A stretch of 64,000 bases of DNA from a virus (Duplodnaviria > Caudoviricetes). The stretch lies in the IMG/VR virus record IMGVR_UViG_3300023179_000059, positions 1 through 64,000 of that record, one strand, 5' to 3'. This document shows, piece by piece, positions 59,882-64,000 of this stretch. Position 1 is the first letter of the stretch. Every line of letters begins with the position of its first letter. The notes under the pieces were generated by a model. That model was not told the origin of the DNA. It did no database searches and worked only from the letters and a program-made list of their open reading frames with translations. A program made the position numbers and the translations under genes.

Positions 59882-60622
59882 TTAATTCCATATAAAGTTT
59901 AATTTTTGTAGTTGAGAACACAAATTACTAATATCTCCTTGGCTATTGTTTACTATAAAATCAAAATTTGACCAATCATAATTATTTTGATCTAAAATAC
60001 ATTCACTTTCATGATCGCTATTATATATATCTCTTGTTAATCTTAAAACAATGCCATTATTTTCTTTTATGGCAGATATTTCATTTGGAAATCTAACATC
60101 TGGTATGATAGCAACTTCTGGCTTTTCCGCTAGAATTGAATTAATTGTTGCATTTACCCAAGCTTGTGGGTATATTTTTCTAACAATAGTTGTGCCAAAA
60201 TATTGTAAGAATTCTCTAGATGTCATTAGCCCACTTTTATTTTCATTAAGTGGAATGTCTTTCCAATCTATATTTATTACAGTATTTTTGTCTTCATTTG
60301 TTCCATATACTTGCTTATGATTTAATCCAAATAAAGCTATAGATAATTCCTTTAAAGGATCTGCAAAGTGATATATCTTAACATACGGCCAAAGTTCTCT
60401 TTCTGCATATTCTATAAAAGTATTGTCTTTTCTCGTTACATCTAAAATTCCATATCCACTTTTACCAGAAGAATTTTGTGTTTCTATAACCAAATTTCCA
60501 GAAGGGTCAATATAGAAACTTTCTATCATTTGATATTTCTTTAGAATTTCTCCATTTATATAATTAGCTGTTGTATTTTTACCAGCTTGTTTTCTTCCAG
60601 ATATACCAATAATTTTAGTCAT
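59882..60622 (-). CDS. Deoxynucleoside monophosphate kinase
   Basis: IIGISGRKQAGK P-loop, FADPLK, REFLQ.FGT and D.RFPNE; likely start ATG 60622. Confidence 0.85.
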   Translation of the reverse strand: MTKIIGISGRKQAGKNTTANYINGEILKKYQMIESFYIDPSGNLVIETQNSSGKSGYGILDVTRKDNTFIEYAERELWPYVKIYHFADPLKELSIALFGLNHKQVYGTNEDKNTVINIDWKDIPLNENKSGLMTSREFLQYFGTTIVRKIYPQAWVNATINSILAEKPEVAIIPDVRFPNEISAIKENNGIVLRLTRDIYNSDHESECILDQNNYDWSNFDFIVNNSQGDISNLCSQLQKLNFIWN

Positions 60623-60623
60623 G

Positions 60624-61640
60624 TTAATATGCACCTTTTAGATTATTTAAGATCTTTGTTTGTATTTGTTCTACTGACATATCTCCAATATCTTTACCAT
60701 ATATTTTTGGAAAAGATAACTTATACATCCTATTGAATTGTCTTTTTATTTGTATTTTAGATTCTCTTCCAGCTTGATCATTGTCTGTTAATATTATTAA
60801 ATGTGTAATTGGTAATTTATATAATATATCTTCTTGTTCTTTTGCTATTGTTTTACCAAAAATACTAACAGCATTCATAACTCCAGCTTCATATAGTCTC
60901 CAAACATCACCCTGTCCTTCTGTAATAAACAAGCAGGATGTTTCCGACGCTCTTTGTACTGCTCTGTGATAATTATAGAGATAATGTCTTTTGTCAAAAC
61001 CTTTTGGATACAATAAAAATTTTGGTAACTTATATTCTTTTACCGATCTTCCTATAAGTCCCACAATATTTTGTCCATCCTTATCATGTATTGGTACTAT
61101 AACTCTATCTTTCATAGATGTTATTTTAGTGTCTGTACCAACGCTAAAGTGTTTTAGTGTATCTATCTTAAATCCTCTTTGTGTAAAATATTCATGTGCA
61201 TAATTTGGATTATATTCTATATTAAGATTTTGTTGTTTGTGTGTTTCACTGTGACAAAAAATAGATAAAATTTGATCTGTTATATCGTCGGATACCGTAA
61301 TATCCTGTATTTTATTTTGCTTTACCTTTTTTACCTGTAATAAGTCACAAGACCACTTTAAGACATCAGAAAATTGTAAATCTTTACCATTCTTTTCTGA
61401 TAAAACTCCTTTAATCAATCCAAAAATATCATTCTTATGATCACACTGACAATCTCTAGTCCAACATTTCCAGTATCCTTTTTGAATGGAATATGAGAAA
61501 GCTCTTGGATTATCACTTCCATGATGAATAGGACATGTAGAATATAAGTTATCACCAATAACTTCATATTTCATATCTAGTCTATCAAAAACTAACTGAT
61601 AATTATTCTGTAGCTGAATCTTGATCTGATTCAAGTCCAT
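60624..61640 (-). CDS. dnaG: DNA primase (Zn finger + TOPRIM)
   Basis: CPIH...C...C Zn finger; ITEG..DV; TDND.AG. Confidence 0.88.
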   Translation of the reverse strand: MDLNQIKIQLQNNYQLVFDRLDMKYEVIGDNLYSTCPIHHGSDNPRAFSYSIQKGYWKCWTRDCQCDHKNDIFGLIKGVLSEKNGKDLQFSDVLKWSCDLLQVKKVKQNKIQDITVSDDITDQILSIFCHSETHKQQNLNIEYNPNYAHEYFTQRGFKIDTLKHFSVGTDTKITSMKDRVIVPIHDKDGQNIVGLIGRSVKEYKLPKFLLYPKGFDKRHYLYNYHRAVQRASETSCLFITEGQGDVWRLYEAGVMNAVSIFGKTIAKEQEDILYKLPITHLIILTDNDQAGRESKIQIKRQFNRMYKLSFPKIYGKDIGDMSVEQIQTKILNNLKGAY

Positions 61641-63078
61641 CTCTTATCCTTTGAATATCATTATTGTCAACTAGACCGGTATCACCAATTGGTTGATTTT
61701 TAAATTCATTTCTAGTTCTTAATTCTATTAGTTTAGAATGAGAACCTTGCATTACCATATTTATATAATCACCATCATTTAGTCCACCGCCATGCCTAGT
61801 TACAACTGGAACTAATTTCCTATTTCCAGCATTTGGACCATCTTCAGCCAATTCTTCTGGTGATTTTAATTTAAATATGGAAAAAGATGTACATAGCCAT
61901 ATCAATCTATCAGATCCACTAACTGCGTCAGTACTTTCTCTCGTTATACCATCTCTATTTAACTGGACAAATGATAAGCATGGAATATCAAGTTTAACAC
62001 ATAAATTATGTAATGAAGTAATTTGAAATCCAAGAGCTTGATATTCTTGTACATTATTTGTGATAGATTCTGATGACATTAATTTTAGATAATCATATAT
62101 AATTAAACAGTCATTTGTTTTACCGGTTTCATCGGTTTTTACCTCTTGAACAACCCATCGCTTTATTAAATTTAGAATTTGTTCAAATGGCTTACCAGCG
62201 ACACTAACATAATTATAAGATATATTTTCTAGCTTTTTACATGCTAATACTACCTTTTCATATTTTTCTTGATCATCTGTAAATTTACCAGTTGCAATTT
62301 CATTGATTGGAACACCGCTGATATTAGATAGTAGTCTATTTAGATGATCTTCTTTACTCATTTCTGTATCAAGCATTAATACTGGAATTTGTTTTGATGC
62401 AACATTTAATGCTACATTATCAGCAAATACGCTTTTACCAACCTTTGGCCTTGCTGCAACCAGATCAACACACTTCCTTCTTAATCCGCCACCAATGGCT
62501 TCATCAAATTTATTAAATCCTGTTGGTATTCCAATGATATCGCATTTGTTTTCTACTAGAAACTCTATATAATTATTGATATCTGAACCAATCTTTGTTG
62601 GTCTTTCTCCACCATCATCTTCTCTCAAAAAATCTACTACTGGATTTTCAAGAATTCCAATAATATCATTAATTGATTCTGTACCATTTATGGTATCAAT
62701 ATCTTTATTAATCTTATGAGTTAGCTGTTTTATCTTGCGGGCAAACTCAAACTTCTTAATTTGTGCAGCAAAACTCAGTATATTATCTTTATTTACTGGA
62801 AAGTCAAATAGAGATTTAATGTACTTTAATTCTTGTGGCGTATTTATAACATCAATTACATTTAATTGTGTGGCGGCTGATAGTAAAGATGTTATGTCTA
62901 CTTTCTGCTCGTTTGATATAATACGTTCTATACATTTATATAGAATTTGATTATTTGTATTACCAAAAGTATCTGCACTAATAAGATCAGATATTACAAT
63001 ATAGGAATCTATTCCGTTCTGAACTAGAATAGATAATACTGCTCTTTCAGATCCAATATCTAGCAACTTATCACTCAT
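61603..63078 (-). CDS. dnaB: Replicative DNA helicase, DnaB-like
   Basis: AARPKVGKS Walker A, DTEMS, IYDYL and QLNR; likely start ATG 63078. Confidence 0.9.
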   Translation of the reverse strand: MSDKLLDIGSERAVLSILVQNGIDSYIVISDLISADTFGNTNNQILYKCIERIISNEQKVDITSLLSAATQLNVIDVINTPQELKYIKSLFDFPVNKDNILSFAAQIKKFEFARKIKQLTHKINKDIDTINGTESINDIIGILENPVVDFLREDDGGERPTKIGSDINNYIEFLVENKCDIIGIPTGFNKFDEAIGGGLRRKCVDLVAARPKVGKSVFADNVALNVASKQIPVLMLDTEMSKEDHLNRLLSNISGVPINEIATGKFTDDQEKYEKVVLACKKLENISYNYVSVAGKPFEQILNLIKRWVVQEVKTDETGKTNDCLIIYDYLKLMSSESITNNVQEYQALGFQITSLHNLCVKLDIPCLSFVQLNRDGITRESTDAVSGSDRLIWLCTSFSIFKLKSPEELAEDGPNAGNRKLVPVVTRHGGGLNDGDYINMVMQGSHSKLIELRTRNEFKNQPIGDTGLVDNNDIQRIRDGLESDQDSATE

Positions 63079-63080
63079 AA

Positions 63081-63476
63081 TTATTTTCTTCCAATGCACC
63101 TATTACAACGATGATATTCTCCATACACAAATCTTTGATCTAATTTAAAAGACTTGCCACACACATGACATTCCACTTCTGTCTTATTTTGCTGTGGTCT
63201 ACGTCTTGGGGTTCTTTCATATTCTGGAGTAGTAATATCTCTAAGTTCTCCAGTATCTTCCCACTCATTTTTTCTAGCCTTCACCGGTTCTCTCCTTTTA
63301 TGGTTTTGGATATTTGGTTTACTCTCTGTAATAAAATTTTGATTAATAGCTTTCTTTGTTTGCTCATTGACTTCTTTTGGCACTGACTGTATTGTTGGTG
63401 AATTTTCATTTAGAGCTTTTAGTAATGCCCTCTTTTGATCGTCATTAAGTGTATTAACAAAATCTTCCATACTCAT
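63081..63476 (-). CDS. Hypothetical protein with C-terminal Zn ribbon
   Basis: ECHVCGK...RCNRC. Confidence 0.6.
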   Translation of the reverse strand: MSMEDFVNTLNDDQKRALLKALNENSPTIQSVPKEVNEQTKKAINQNFITESKPNIQNHKRREPVKARKNEWEDTGELRDITTPEYERTPRRRPQQNKTEVECHVCGKSFKLDQRFVYGEYHRCNRCIGRK

Positions 63477-63955
63477 GATCTTTTTCCTTTTTCTAATAAA
63501 ATATCTGCTTTTCTTTTTATTTCATAAACTTTACCATCTAATGCTTGTAGTCTTGATTCAGCAACTAATCTCATTTGATCTATTTTTGCTGCATAAGTAT
63601 TATCTTGTGCTATAATTTGTTTCTTTGATTCATGCTTAGTATACTTATCAAAAGAATCATTATGTTTTACGATTAACTTTTCTATCTGATCATTGCACCA
63701 ATCTAACGCAATTTTATTTCTATTAATATCATCTTGAATATAAGAAGCATAACTATATAAAATATACGCATTATCGAATAGCTCATCCTTTGTCAATTTT
63801 TTGAGCGTATCTAATGGTAAATCAGCTACTAATAAAAATTCTTCTCTAAAAGATGAGAACTTTGTATTGTGACTATTTATATAGTCGTCAATATCTTTTA
63901 TGTGTTGTTCTAGATTTTCTTTAGCGGTTGACAATTTGTTGTCTCCAATCTTCAT
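63473..63955 (-). CDS. Coiled-coil hypothetical protein (possibly UvsY-like mediator)
   Basis: All-helical heptad pattern; upstream of the helicase; the UvsY assignment is weak. Confidence 0.35.
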   Translation of the reverse strand: MKIGDNKLSTAKENLEQHIKDIDDYINSHNTKFSSFREEFLLVADLPLDTLKKLTKDELFDNAYILYSYASYIQDDINRNKIALDWCNDQIEKLIVKHNDSFDKYTKHESKKQIIAQDNTYAAKIDQMRLVAESRLQALDGKVYEIKRKADILLEKGKRS

Positions 63956-64000
63956 TTGAGTCAGAATATTTTAATGTAATTATTTTAATTCCATTCAATC

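Noticed and set aside
189-63386. Short antisense or overlapping ORFs in the track (e.g. 24283-24858, 13046-13546, 35554-35916, 46875-47270)
   Set aside because: They are shadows of long genes, lack SD sites and recognisable motifs, and have composition typical of off-frame translation
1-64000. Stop-codon reassignment
   Set aside because: Long ORFs are intact in the standard code, and TAA, TAG and TGA all end well-coupled genes; the two broken genes need a frame change, not readthrough
1-64000. tRNA genes, CRISPR arrays, DGR template/variable repeats, integrase
   Set aside because: No T-loop/cloverleaf, spaced direct repeats, reverse transcriptase or recombinase motifs seen; intergenic space is minimal

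Overview
A 64-kb, AT-rich segment of a large tailed-phage genome (Caudoviricetes, probably siphovirus-like: long tape measure, no sheath gene in the window), standard genetic code. The + strand (1-38141) is a neck/tail morphogenesis module: neck proteins, an internally duplicated tail tube, chaperones, a 2366-aa tape measure protein (TMP) and very large tail-tip/adhesin proteins. It meets the - strand (38195-63955) at a bidirectional terminator. The - strand encodes recombination/replication genes (SSAP, SSB, DnaE, DnaQ-like exonuclease, RecB-like nuclease, dNMP kinase, primase, DnaB helicase) and a ~10-kb glycosylation cluster. Best candidate for a new system: the TMP looks like a polyprotein. 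Repeated [FYM]A-x-GG sites and three DTVPA[ML]LxPGEFV modules delimit a PD-(D/E)xK-nuclease-like cassette and a HAD-phosphatase-like cassette, which could be cut out and injected as effectors. Other highlights: DnaE split into two genes around dnaQ-like and HNH genes with no split intein; an HNH-type intein in DnaE-C; Ser-Gly-enriched virion proteins alongside the glycosyltransferase cluster; apparent avoidance of CCWGG and GWGCWC; a recurring 16-bp candidate late promoter; and a terminator-like hairpin built from the RBS and first codons of the gene after the tail tube. All domain calls come from motif recognition by eye and all counts are hand counts. No database search was run.
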